Source: Obrimoposthia wandeli (lineage: Eukaryota). Taken from it: 64,000 nucleotides of DNA. The notes beneath the pieces were generated by a model that saw nothing but the letters and a program-made list of their open reading frames with translations, was not told where the DNA came from and made no database searches. Shown in pieces: positions 1 through 11,900 of the stretch. Position numbers and translations under genes: made by a program. The DNA lies in NCBI GenBank assembly GCA_977020255.1, contig CDROCS010003983.1:62001-126000 (forward strand), given 5' to 3'. Positions within the stretch are counted from its first letter, which is position 1. Each line of letters begins with the position of its first letter.

Positions 1-691
1 AGTTTCTGAAAATAAAATTAAAAAACATTTTAAATAAATGATGTCTAACCTCATTCGTCGCCTTTATTCTCCTAACAGGACGTATCGGAGATTGTGGTCT
101 TTTGAACGAATCAGGCACCATATTGTCAGCTATCGGAGTTGGAGTTGTAGAGGGAGTGACACCATCCCAATCGTCGGTGAACAATCGCCACTCGTCCTCG
201 TCCAATTCTGCCACCATCGAATCGTTGGCTCCTGGGGCTCCGATACTTGGCTGTATCCATTCGTCGATGAATGGAGTCAAGTCCTCCTAACCATTCGACG
301 GAACGTCATCGGTGAATAGCTCCTCGTCTGAGTCTGGTGCGAGTACTATCTTCAGCTGAGACAGCGGGATCAATTTCCAGGGGCATTTGATTGCCGCCTC
401 AAAATTCTGGAAGAGATTGGATCTCCCTGTTGCTACTGCTGAAGTTGCCGGACGATTGCGTTTTGTATTTTGCCTGGGAATATAGTCTTCCCAATTCTCA
501 ATCGAATCCTGACTAGTCAGGTCGATATATTGGGATCTCTGTATCCCACCTCTCACGCTCATTGGTTCTTCTCTCGGAGTTGAGCTGGCCAATGGCGGTT
601 CTTCTAGCAACAGTTCAACAGCGACCCTGTATATATGTTGCTCGTTAAACCACCGCGGGCCCACTAAACGGCCTCTCAGAACCTTCCTCAC
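1..691 (-). pseudogene. Uncharacterised acidic/Pro-rich ORF just inside a Polinton terminus; reading frame continues past one TAG at about 287
   Basis: 134-aa ORF 287..691 plus in-frame continuation EDLTPFIDEWIQPSIG...RHHLFK; begins about 80 bp inside the TIR that ends at 901; no recognisable family motif. Confidence 0.35.
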
Positions 692-769
692 TTTTTTGAG
701 AGCATTATGAGATTTTCAATTTTAAAGGGTGTTATATGGGGTTAATTAGTTTTTTGAGTTTTTTTGGGG

Positions 770-901
770 GGGGTAGAAAATTTAACTCCACACACATGCA
801 CAAAATTTCACTCCACACACCTACACGAAATTTCACTCCACACACATGCACGGTTTTAAAGGACAAGGGGGTGTGGATTAGACCGGACACATCCACCTAC
901 T
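770..901. repeat. Polinton terminal inverted repeat end (A2 type)
   Basis: Ends ...GACCGGACACATCCACCTACT at 901, the reverse complement of AGTAGGTGGATGTGTCCGGTC at 38683. AG...CT termini are typical of Polintons. Confidence 0.85.
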
Positions 902-1370
902 ACACTGCTACCAAGTCATCTGCAATTGTAAAACTACGCTTGAAGTTGTACTTGCTAGTATATGTTATTAGTTTACGCTCATCATTGCAAAACCGTAGAC
1001 AAATAAGTTTCCGCAAGTCCTCTACAGTTTTTCCAAAGAGGCTATTACTTTTTAACTTGTAAAAATCCCGATCGAATTTGCTAGTGGCCAAATTACGTTT
1101 TCTAGAATTTTACATTTAGGGCGTAGGAAAATACAATCATCATACGAAACCTGTCCTCGCTTTCATCCTTAAATTTCCCGATAATATCCTTTAAACTCAT
1201 AGAGTGTAGAGGATGGTTAACGGGATATTTATGGATATCAAGTAAGTTATCCCTAAACATTGCCGGTAATAATTGATTTTTTAAACTAACATTCCTACAT
1301 TCTAAAAAGAAGAGTCAGTGTCCCCAGTTGCGATTTTGATCTCACAATTGAATTCTTGTCGATATATCTC
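902..1370 (-). pseudogene. Polinton protein-primed DNA polymerase B fragments (motif B region and motif C/thumb region)
   Basis: KLKSNSLFGKT (KxxxNSxYG motif B) in 902-1091; IATGDTDS (motif C), YPVNHPLHS, IGKFKDE and frameshifted LRPK in 1092-1370. Confidence 0.85.
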
Positions 1371-3202
1371 TTTTGTTTTGTTCTTTTTGATAATTTTGAA
1401 ACTTTTTTTGTAGCCAATTGAATCTTTTGGATTGAACCATATCTTCTCCATTACAACAATTTGAATATATAGAAAATTTAAATTTAGGTAAAGAAGGGGT
1501 AGCACCCATATCTTTAGCTGATTTTTGAAATAATTGTTTATGTACGTATCGCATAATACTACTGATAATTGAAGCAACAATTGGAATAACAGCCCCTATG
1601 AAACCACCATTATGTTTAAGAATAATATTTCGTTTCCTTTTTTACTTTTTACATTAGCAATATTTAGAAGAGTTTTTCTATATTTCTTTAATATATTTTT
1701 CCGTTTTCCAACTTTTACTCGACCCAAAACTATATTATACAAAACTTCCAATAAATCATCTACAGCAAAAGATGGAAATGCTTTAAGAATAATCATTCTC
1801 TTATGAGAAGAGGCTTTGACTAAAGCTTTAAAATAAGGTATGCTTCTTTGTATTTTCTTCATTTTAATAAAAAAGGTTAAATTTGAATATTGTTTATATT
1901 CGAAGCCATTTAAGTTTTTTTTATTTTTAACTACAGATTTGATTAATTTTTTCACTTCATTTTTCTTAATGATTCTTTTTTTGATTTCTTAGGCTTTGCT
2001 TTACGTTTTACTATCAACTTCTTAAATGCATTGTACATTTATTTTTTATAATTGTTCTCTATTTGTTTATAAACAGTTACTCCCTTAGAATTAAATATGT
2101 CTGTTAAAACACGTAAATCATCTGGGCAAGCTTGTGTAAAATCAATAAATATATACCCATCTGCTTGTTTAGCAGCATCATATAATGAATCAACTAGAAA
2201 GATTCAACTTTATGGTTACAAGAAAGATGAAATTGGAACAAAGTTACCTATTTGAAAAATTGAACGTGCTCATATCCCTATGTTTTAACATTTTTTTTCA
2301 TTTTGCATGTAATAAATTGTAATCGGTTTTATTCATTTTTACTATGTTTCTGTCATGTGGCAATTAATAATGAGTTTTATTTTTTATAGTATTTGTATCT
2401 TATATGTATTTTTTTATAAACATTTTTTTTAATCAGTTTCCTTATTTTAGAATGGATCTTCTTCTGAGATATGTAGGAAATTTTTATTATCCAGAAATAA
2501 TTTCAAAAGGAAAACTATGTAATATATTAAAGAGGCATCAAATTATACGAGTTATGAATCCTATGAAAATATCAAAAGTGGAGAATAAATATCTCATCGA
2601 AATTTTAACAACATCTGATATTGATCAATTGAAAAATATTTTGGGATTTTACATTCCTGATTATGTATATGAAGGAAATTCTTTCCAGTTTGAAACTGAT
2701 CCCAGTCTGGCTTTTAGAGATGATTTTTTCTCTTCTAAATTATATAGATCTGACCTATTTTTTCTCTTATAAATCTGACTTAGATATTTAACAAAAACAT
2801 GTAGTAATTTATTAATCTAAAATCTTTCTTAACAATAGTAGTAATATATTGACATGAACATATTATTTGAAATCTCGTCTGCCATAAGCCGCCGGGGTCA
2901 ATATGGATTCTCGTGGTCTTCTCTAATCACTTTAGAGATTAGCGGATAATTTCAAAGTAAAATAAAAATTTGTGGGGAGACCCCCCCCCTTCGGGTGGAA
3001 TGGACACTCACATACACGAAAAATGTTTTTTTGGATGTTGGGGGGGAGATAGAAAATTTCACTCCACATACATGCACAAAATTTCACTCCACACACATGC
3101 ATGAAATTTCACTCCACACACATGCACGGTTTTAAAAGACAGTGGTAACCCTGCCCGGGTGAAGGGGGAGGGGATGGATTAGACCGGACACATCCACCTA
3201 CT
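1371..3202 (-). mobile_element. Inverted, internally deleted copy of an A2-family Polinton (integrase N-terminus, KQxGGF ORF, basic ORF, ATPase 3' end, SSB-like pair fragments, TIR)
   Basis: 1371-2195 is a reverse-complement copy of about 42210-43050; 2200-2720 matches 39560-40260 reversed; TIR end ...CACATCCACCTACT at 3202. Confidence 0.85.
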
Positions 3203-3320
3203 GATGTCTTTATTAGATTTACGCAAGCTTTTCCCCTAAAGTTTAAATCCTGTACTGATGTTTTAGAGGCAATGAATCAAATGATTAAAGAAACTAAACT
3301 ATAAATTTCCAAACGAATAG
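3203..3320 (+). pseudogene. Polinton integrase fragment directly abutting a TIR
   Basis: Frameshifted DV(F)IRFTQAFPLKFKSCTDVLEAMNQMIKE...NFQT aligns by eye with DVFSRFARTIPVKAKSSIAMLEAIKEILKE...NVQTD of the integrase at 43168. Confidence 0.7.
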
Positions 3321-5946
3321 TTTTTTATTTTATATTAATATTTCTGTCGCATGTGACATTAAATAAATTTGCAGACACATACGTAAATCGGTACCACTAC
3401 ACAGATAGAAGCAGTAAATAACATGTGTGTATGTGGTGCAGTTAAAATTGGGTAAGCAGAAAAATTGATAAAAGATGCAGTAATTTCTTCTGTGTTATCT
3501 CCTTCTTCGCTGGAAATTTTTCTACTGCGAAGCACAAGATGAAAACTGAACATCACTGACAAAAATTGCTGTTTGACTGTGGACACTTCAATACATTGAT
3601 TTAAATTGGAATATTTTAATTCCCAACACAATCAAATTCATTAAATTTAGCAATGCACTAAAAATTGTGCTGACGTTCTTCTAGAAGTAGAGTTTGTATT
3701 GCTCAATAATGACCTATAAATATATCCTCAGTACAACAATGAATGCTGTTTATTTATCAATATAATTATGTCTGAACTTTGGTTTTCTAGCAATTTTCTA
3801 ACAATCCAAGATCAAAACATAAGTGATAATTGATTTATATATTAACAATTGCACCATCAATGTGGAAGTGTAAAATTGGAAAATAACACTTTTCCTATTA
3901 AATGTTGTGCTGCCGTTCAAAATATTTCGAAATTCACAAGGTCAACTTTACACATTTTGTTGTCATAGAAACCCACATTTGTAGGAAAATGCCACATGAT
4001 ATTTTTTCATATCCAAAAGTAAGTACTATTTTAAACACATGTTCGTATTTGATGTTTACAGTTCGGGAAAATTGGGTAATCGATGACAGTATTGAGTCCA
4101 ATAACTGTGGTAATGACTATAACGTTGCTGAGGAATTTTCAGATATTGAATTATATTTTCAATATCTCACACATTCATTTCATCTTTCATCGCCTTCAAC
4201 ATCTGAATTAAAGTTTAAAAAATTCTCCATTATTTTTGATAATTGCTTGTTCTGCAGTGATGTGACAATTTTTTTGCAAAGAAATAATACACATTGGCCG
4301 AACTTGACAAATCATAATCCTCTCCTTTCTTCTCTATTAACCTGGGAAAAATCCATGCTAATATTACCAATATCCATATTTTAAAACTGAATAAAATTGT
4401 TTACTGCCATGGCCCTTCGACAACTTTGTATCAAACGAGTGCTTTAAAAATGTATAACTTGAAATTTGGATTATGCAAACTTTTTGATATTTACTCAAGA
4501 TTTGTTTTGTCTCATAGGAAAAATTTCTTAATATCTCTGACAGTTAATGAAGATTCAAAGAAAGCTCAGTTTATTTTCTATGTGTATTAGATTTGAATTG
4601 TATTTTGTATATATATTTGAATTTTATTAATACATTTTATTTATTTTTTCTTTTCAGTTTTATTGCCAAGCTCATTTCTTTTAAACAACAAAAAAACTAA
4701 CTAAAATCTTAAATTTGCAAAATTTAATATAAAAACAATTTGCTTGATAATATTTGCTAATTTGATTCATTTAAAATTTAGCTTTTATAAAATAATTTTT
4801 TTTACAATGTAAAAAATAATTAAAATATTTTTTAAAGTTTTTAAATATATTAAATTGTAAATAAAGTAATAGATTTGTTTAAATATTAAATATTTTTAAA
4901 ATAAAAAATTGCTTCTTTGAAAATAAAACATCAATAACTAAAACTTGTGAAACTTTCAAATTAAAAATGAAACTTTTCTTTTTGATAAGATCTGTCTAAT
5001 CAAATATTTATATTTTCCGAAATTTAATTTTGTTGATTTTCAAGTAATTTATATTAACATTTTTACTTCTTAATTTTTTTTATATTTATATTTTTTTTAA
5101 GTTACAAAAGTTATATAAATTGTTACGGTGCTGTTGTTACTGCTGTTCAGATAAGTAACATTAACTGGAATATACCAGTGCTACCATTGTTAGAGTGAGA
5201 GCATACCAAAGAGTAACACTGTAGATAGTCTCTTGATTTCCCTATTTTTTTAAAAATTTCCTACATATTGCCCTTCGATTATAGATTAAACTGGCAGAAA
5301 AATTAATTCTTCTTTTTTCACGGGTTTCCTTCTTTTTCATACACCCTAAAGTAACAGATAATACAATTTACAGACCAGCTGACAATCCCATGGCAGGGTG
5401 AAACGGTATAAAATTCAATACCTCGTGGTTTAATTCAACCGAAACCATTGTACTATTGTAGTCATTTCGTTATTTTAAATTTTCATTTCTAATAACAAAA
5501 ATATAAAATAATAATTAAACATACAAATGATATAAACAAAATTATACTAATTAACTTAATTTTTAATTCTGTCAACGTAATTTAATTTTTTGATAATTTA
5601 TTTTTCAATTCCATTTATTTAATTTGCTTTTTTTTGTCAGCCGATTTTTTATGTTTTATACATAATTCTTTGTAAATATAGAAAACAAAATCTATTAAAT
5701 TTTTATATGATCATTTAATCATCTTATTTGAAATAAACTAAATTTTTGGATTCGAATTTCAGTTTTGGATCTTGAAAGTTAAGAAAGTTTCTTAATTATA
5801 TTATGTGTATATTACGTACTATTAAAAGTAGTATATCTATAGATGTACCAATCTTATTTAAATAGCAACATTAAATAAATTCTGTCTTGATGAGTCTAAG
5901 AAATCAAAAATACATTTAAGATGCAATCCTTGTAAATATTCATTTT

Positions 5947-8900
5947 ATGAGACCTAAAAGATATCCAAAGTTAGACAAAAGTAAAGATTTTGAACCATCA
6001 TCATATAGACACTATGACAAAATTGATATTTCTTCGAAACATCCAACTTTTAATAAAGGTAATTTGTAATATTGAATGGATATTTATATTTAGTTGTCGT
6101 ATCAAATAATTTGAACTTCTTTGAATTGCCATCGTTGCAAATTGAGACAGAAAAGATTTTATCTCAATTAGGTCATCGAATAAAAAGTCTATCTGGAGTT
6201 CTTAATGGCAAAAATATCGATCAACACAATGGAAATGGTAAGCAGTGAGATTAACAGAACGTATTAAAGTGTTTTATAGCGGCCATGTCTGAGTCGAGTT
6301 TGTGTGCAAATGGCGAATCTACTCACTCAACTGAGACTCGTAGAAGCAGCAGGAAGGAACTGATAGTAAAGTCGGTCCCAGAGAAGCCGCTCACGCTCAT
6401 AATAGCACAGAATTTACGTAGTGGTGGACGCAGGATTGGGACAAAGCGCTCTATTGCAGAGGCGGAAGCGTCACTGAATTACTCCGCTCTGGAGCTAACA
6501 TGTTCGGTAAGATAATTTATTCTATCTTAATTTTTAACTTCATCAACGTGTTTTGTCTCAGATGTTGAGAGAGATCAGTAAAATAGTTGCATGGCAGTGT
6601 TAAAAGTTATTTACTTTCGACGCAAAATTGTTCTTTGCTTTTATATTCCATAAATATTCCATAAATAGTTCTGAATAAGTCTTTTATACGGTTTAATTGT
6701 ATTTATTATATGTAAAGGTTGACATTTCCTTCTATCAGAGAGAGAGAATGAGCTTATTCCGGGCGATTGATGATATGTGAGCCATTTTTGAAATTAAAAT
6801 AGTGACAGAAAAAGTGAACACTAAAACAATCTGAACATTTCTGTGAATAAAAATGTCATTCAAGGGGTTTATCATCATTAGAAACTAAAACATAGCTTGC
6901 GGGATTTGTCCCATTTCTTCAATAATTTTTTCTTCAAGATCTTCGACAATATTGACCATATCTGGATGGAGTTTCTCACTCAAATAGCCCCACAGAAGTC
7001 CTGACATGTGGTTAAATCCGATGACTGGGCAGGGTACTGAGCAAGAAAACCACCCAACCTCCCGAGTGGTCTGTACATTATATATTTCCCAATGAGACAT
7101 TACTGCTGCGTGACACTGGGTGATCTAGCTTGGTTAGCAATGTTGGTACTGGGTTACCAGACACTGTAGCAACTTCTAAATCATTTCCAAGTGTTGTAGC
7201 CGACGATGATGCGTCAACCTTCAGCTAACCAAATTTATCGATCTGCAGACGAGCACGGGTGTAACAAGCACCCCGAAGCGCAAGAGAGGTGACCAACATA
7301 GCAGCGCGATGCCGCCGCTGGCAGAGTCTCCCATCCTGAAGCTGTCCATACCCATCCCGTCAGAGAGCAACACCAACAACATCGGCAGCAGCACTGGTAA
7401 CAGTAGACCATACTCCACTGAGATCGGCAGCACGGTTAGTCACTACAAATGACGAAGAGAGTTGGGTTCAAATATCGCTGTTTTATTTAACTTTTTCAGA
7501 TAGTTTAATTTTTTTTCACTTTTGTTTCATTGTTTTTCAATTTGCGACATCATCACCACTTTTAATCTCAAAAAATAATGGCAAACTGTTCGACACATTG
7601 TGTAACTGTCCACATTACAACTCCCATATAGGTTAATTGCATGGGAAGTCACATACACGAGGGATTATTGACAATGTTCTCTTCACTACAGGTTGCCCCC
7701 AACTACGAGATCCCCAACAAGTTCTGGGAGTTGATGGAGCCGTACTGTGCCGAAATCAATGACGAGCACCTCAACACACTGGAGCACATGATCCGCGCTT
7801 ATGAGCTGGATGCACACTTCTACGAGCTGCCGTCTCCGGAGACGCCAGTTGCACTCGACACTGACAATGGTGAGCACGATCGAGCGCCCATTAATCGCCG
7901 CTACATGCCGCCTCCCGACGATGACAGCATGAAGAAGCATCTCAATGGCTTCGTGGATACCAACAGAAACGGTATCGATTTGTCCAGTCTGCTCAAGAAG
8001 ATCGACACCGAGATCAGGTGAGTTCATTCTCGATGTAGACGTGATGTCCAAGAATCAAATATAGAATCAATTGCATTGATTTCTTATAAAAGCACGAATA
8101 GAATATGAAGTCATTATGGCATTCTAAAATGCTTATTATTTAGAGAGCTTAAATACTACCTCGATATGTTGATTATAGCAACGCAATTCCAATAAGCAAC
8201 GCAATTTCCGAAGGAATGATGAAGAAAACAGATTTCTCTAACGAGCGAATGTTTTTACTTGAATTGACCAAATTATTTCAATAAATTATTATGTACAAAT
8301 TTCTATAAAATTTCTAATAATTATTTTGAGCCTTCTAAAATTACAAATTACATTAAATATACATACATATAACGGTTATATATATATTATAACCACATGA
8401 ATTTTGTTGTTGGAATTAGTGGAATCAAATTTACTCAGACTACTAACTAGAATCAGTATTAGTTATATTTTAATATTTCTTCTACAGTGAAGTTGTTAAT
8501 GTTCAGAAATATACAATTCAATGACAAGTTATCAAAATTAACCATACGCGTTATTATGCAAACACATTTTAATTAAAACAACATTTCATAATATAGCTAA
8601 GTTAGTGACCAAAGTTAATTGCAACATGAATTTAACATAATATGTACCCTTTAACTTTTAACATAATGCAGAACGAAGGATCTTAGGAGATTAAAAGAAG
8701 AATCCATTTTATGATGTATAGTTATTTATTGAAGTAGACAAGGTAAGGTTCCTTTGAATAACTTTTGTCAGCCACATTCTGGCGCTACATTTATCATACA
8801 TACCCAATCGTCAAACGGTTTCCGAATCAGTATCAAAGAAGGTTTACATAAGGTGACCTAAAACTCAATTTTCTCCTCAACTTGACCAGCTGACATGATC

Positions 8901-11900
8901 ATAATAGAATATTTTCCCTCTGACTTTCAACTTTCTTGAACAGTGCAACAATCCCAGGGTTACATTCATTGTTTTAATCTGTCACTCTATGCTACAGATT
9001 GGTCATCCAATGAAGTTTCCCAAGTTCTCGAGTTTCGCTCTTGATTGAGTGGGTATTTTTCTGTCTATTTTGGGCAACTCAACTCGATTTTAGCTCAATT
9101 ATTGCCAGCACTTTTATTTAGAAAATCAAGACGGTGAGTGACGTTTCTGCATTTTGTTTAGATCCGGTTTGGATCTCACGCTCAAAATATTGTGTGTTTA
9201 TGTAGCCAAAACTCTATGGGAAAATCCATCACTTTATCCCAGAGAATTCAACGATATTTTTGTTTAGAAAATGTCTTCTGGAGGAATGTAAAATATGAAA
9301 ATAAATTAAACAAGATTTTTGTTGATTAATTATAGCATGATTTAGAAGAACAGTTAAAGATAGATTTGAAACGTTTACAAAAGTCTGTAAATTCAAAATA
9401 TCAACAATCGGCTACACAAATACATAACATATTTTGGGTGTGAAGTTGGTTTTGTTTTTGTTCCTACAAAAAGTAAATGTAAAGTGAACATCACAACTAG
9501 GATATATCGAGGGAATATTAAAGCTATATTGTGTATGGAATTCCCAAAATTGTAGAAGATATATAATACGAAAATAAATATTTGAGACTAAAACCGAGGT
9601 CGAAAGATTCCTTGACCCTGTTTACGATCTTTAATAATTTCCCCCTATGTCTACGAACCATTCAGCTGACCATTTGGCGAACTAAGCTGAAGCAGTGTTG
9701 ACTCAAATTCTCTGTTACTGTAATTTTCCCTTACCAGACCCCATCTGTCTACATTCACTTTTCATATTTTCGCTTCATCATTCTACTTCATCTCTGCCAT
9801 TTTGTTATTCTTTTTCCTTTCTCCATCATCCAATGCATTACCAATCAATAGTCCACATTAAAAACACGATAAAATTTAGTGAAATCTGCATTGCCTGATA
9901 ATTTTTTTTTCAAACATTATCACGACTTAGAGGTCCTTATTTAAGTAACCAATGCTCAAAAATCTCACAAATTAATAAAAGAAGGCAATCACATCAATTT
10001 ATTTTTATATTTATATATTTTAATTTACCGGAATTTTAATTTATCCATCCATAAATATAAAATAAGTTATGCGAAATAATATAGGAGAAATATTTACATA
10101 TCATGTGAAATTCATTGAATGCTAGTCTAAATTTAATATTTTAGCAGCTATGCATATTGCAAAGCATGAGTTGAAAATGTGAAATCTCATCTCAAGAATA
10201 TAAAATAAAGATTTTTAGAAAAAAACATTGTAATTATATTCAAGTAATATTTGTACTATTTAGGTTTGTAAGTAATTTGTATATTTAAAATTTATATATG
10301 AAAAATGAATTTTAACACTTTAGAAATTATGGATATGAACAGTCCATTATATGGCACATAAATTGGTCATTTTACCGGAATTGTTTTTTAAAAATTCAGA
10401 CAGTCTTTAAGTACATAAAACATTAACTCATTTTCCTTCTGTTTTTCCATGATGCATTTCAAAAATCTTCCTCAAATAATTTCTTAGTTCAAAAATCTTT
10501 AAGAGAAAAATATAAGAAAACAATGAATCGTAGATAAATACAATAAAACAATTTTGAATAATATTTATTTTAAGTCCATAAACATTAAATATGCAACTGG
10601 ACATATACTAATTTCTACTCCTATCCTCTTTGGTAGATCGTAATTGATCGCAGGGTTATCTTTTTAATTCATGTAAGCCGCGACTTATAATACGCAAAGA
10701 GGGAAAATTCCTCACGTGATACACAACTTCATCGATTTTATTGGGGATATTCTTATCGCACAGTGTGGTTTGAGCCAAGTTATCGCCGTGAAAGGCATAG
10801 TCCGCTGATATCAGTTACTGACTGTAACATGATCCGATTTTGAGTGGTTTGACTCAGATTTCTAAAAATACAAATACAATCACCTCTGTCACATATATAA
10901 TGTTCCGTCAAGTCTACCCTTTTCCAAGCTTTACTAATTTCATTAATGCCAATTGCGACGGTACACTCAAACATTCAAGGACGACAATATTATTCTTTGA
11001 TGGCTTGAAATGCTTTGTAGCAGTCTTTTATAACGGTTCTCGATACTATGTCCAGCTGATCGTCGTCTATCATTACCTGATCACTACACAAACAAATGCT
11101 TACTTAAGTTAGGAGCAATGAGAGTTTCTGAAGCGACATTTAATAGAACATCGTCTTCATCACATTCAAAATAATTAAAGAAAGTTCCTTCTGCATGATA
11201 TGAAATGTACGCCAATTCAATGAATTCTTTCTACACATCAACTTCATAGTGATCTTCTGGCATGTTTAAAGCAGTTGACTGTTGCCGTTGTAGCCTCATG
11301 TCAGACGACATTATTATAAATTAGTGTATCCTTAACTGTTCATATTTTATGTGATTCTAGTGCATCCTCGTCACTTTTAATGTTTCACTTATGTCACTCA
11401 GTTCTTGCTCGTAAATGGGGTTTAAAACATTTAATTATTCCTCGATCTAGTGGCTGTAGTGTAGCTGTTAAATCTGGGGACAGCAAACGTATTACAATTG
11501 CTCTTAGACTCCTGTAAAATCGGTGGGAAGAGCAGTTGTCAAACATTAATAATACCGCCTGATGTGATTGTTCTCATTCCAAAATATCAGCGGTCATCCA
11601 AGCTCTTACACAGTTACTATAATCAACCAACGGACTTGGAGACAAATGTTTCATTTAACGGATTTGGCAAATTTTTCAATAACCGCAGATTTACGATTTA
11701 CACTCCCTGTCGTCTTTACACAGAATAACATGGGATGTGGTGATTGAGGGAGATGGTGATTGAGGGAGATGACAGTTGAGGGATATGGCGGTTGAGGGAG
11801 ATGGTTGTTGAAGGAGTTGGCGGTTAAGGGATATGGCAGTTGAGAGAGATGGTGGTTGAGGGATGTGGTAGAGGGTTATGGTGATTGAAGGATGTGGTGA

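Noticed and set aside
3359-5480. Possible divergent minus-strand host gene with micro-introns (hydrophobic exon-like pieces such as TLWYALTLTMVALVYS)
   Set aside because: I could not assemble a phase-consistent model or recognise a family; it needs RNA-seq or a homology search. The + strand ORF 3902..4384 has no supporting motif.
7100-7224. Longer TADA3 exon 4 using the coding-like frame upstream of 7225
   Set aside because: That frame is offset and ends in TAA; it would need an indel, so it is left as uncertainty about the acceptor.
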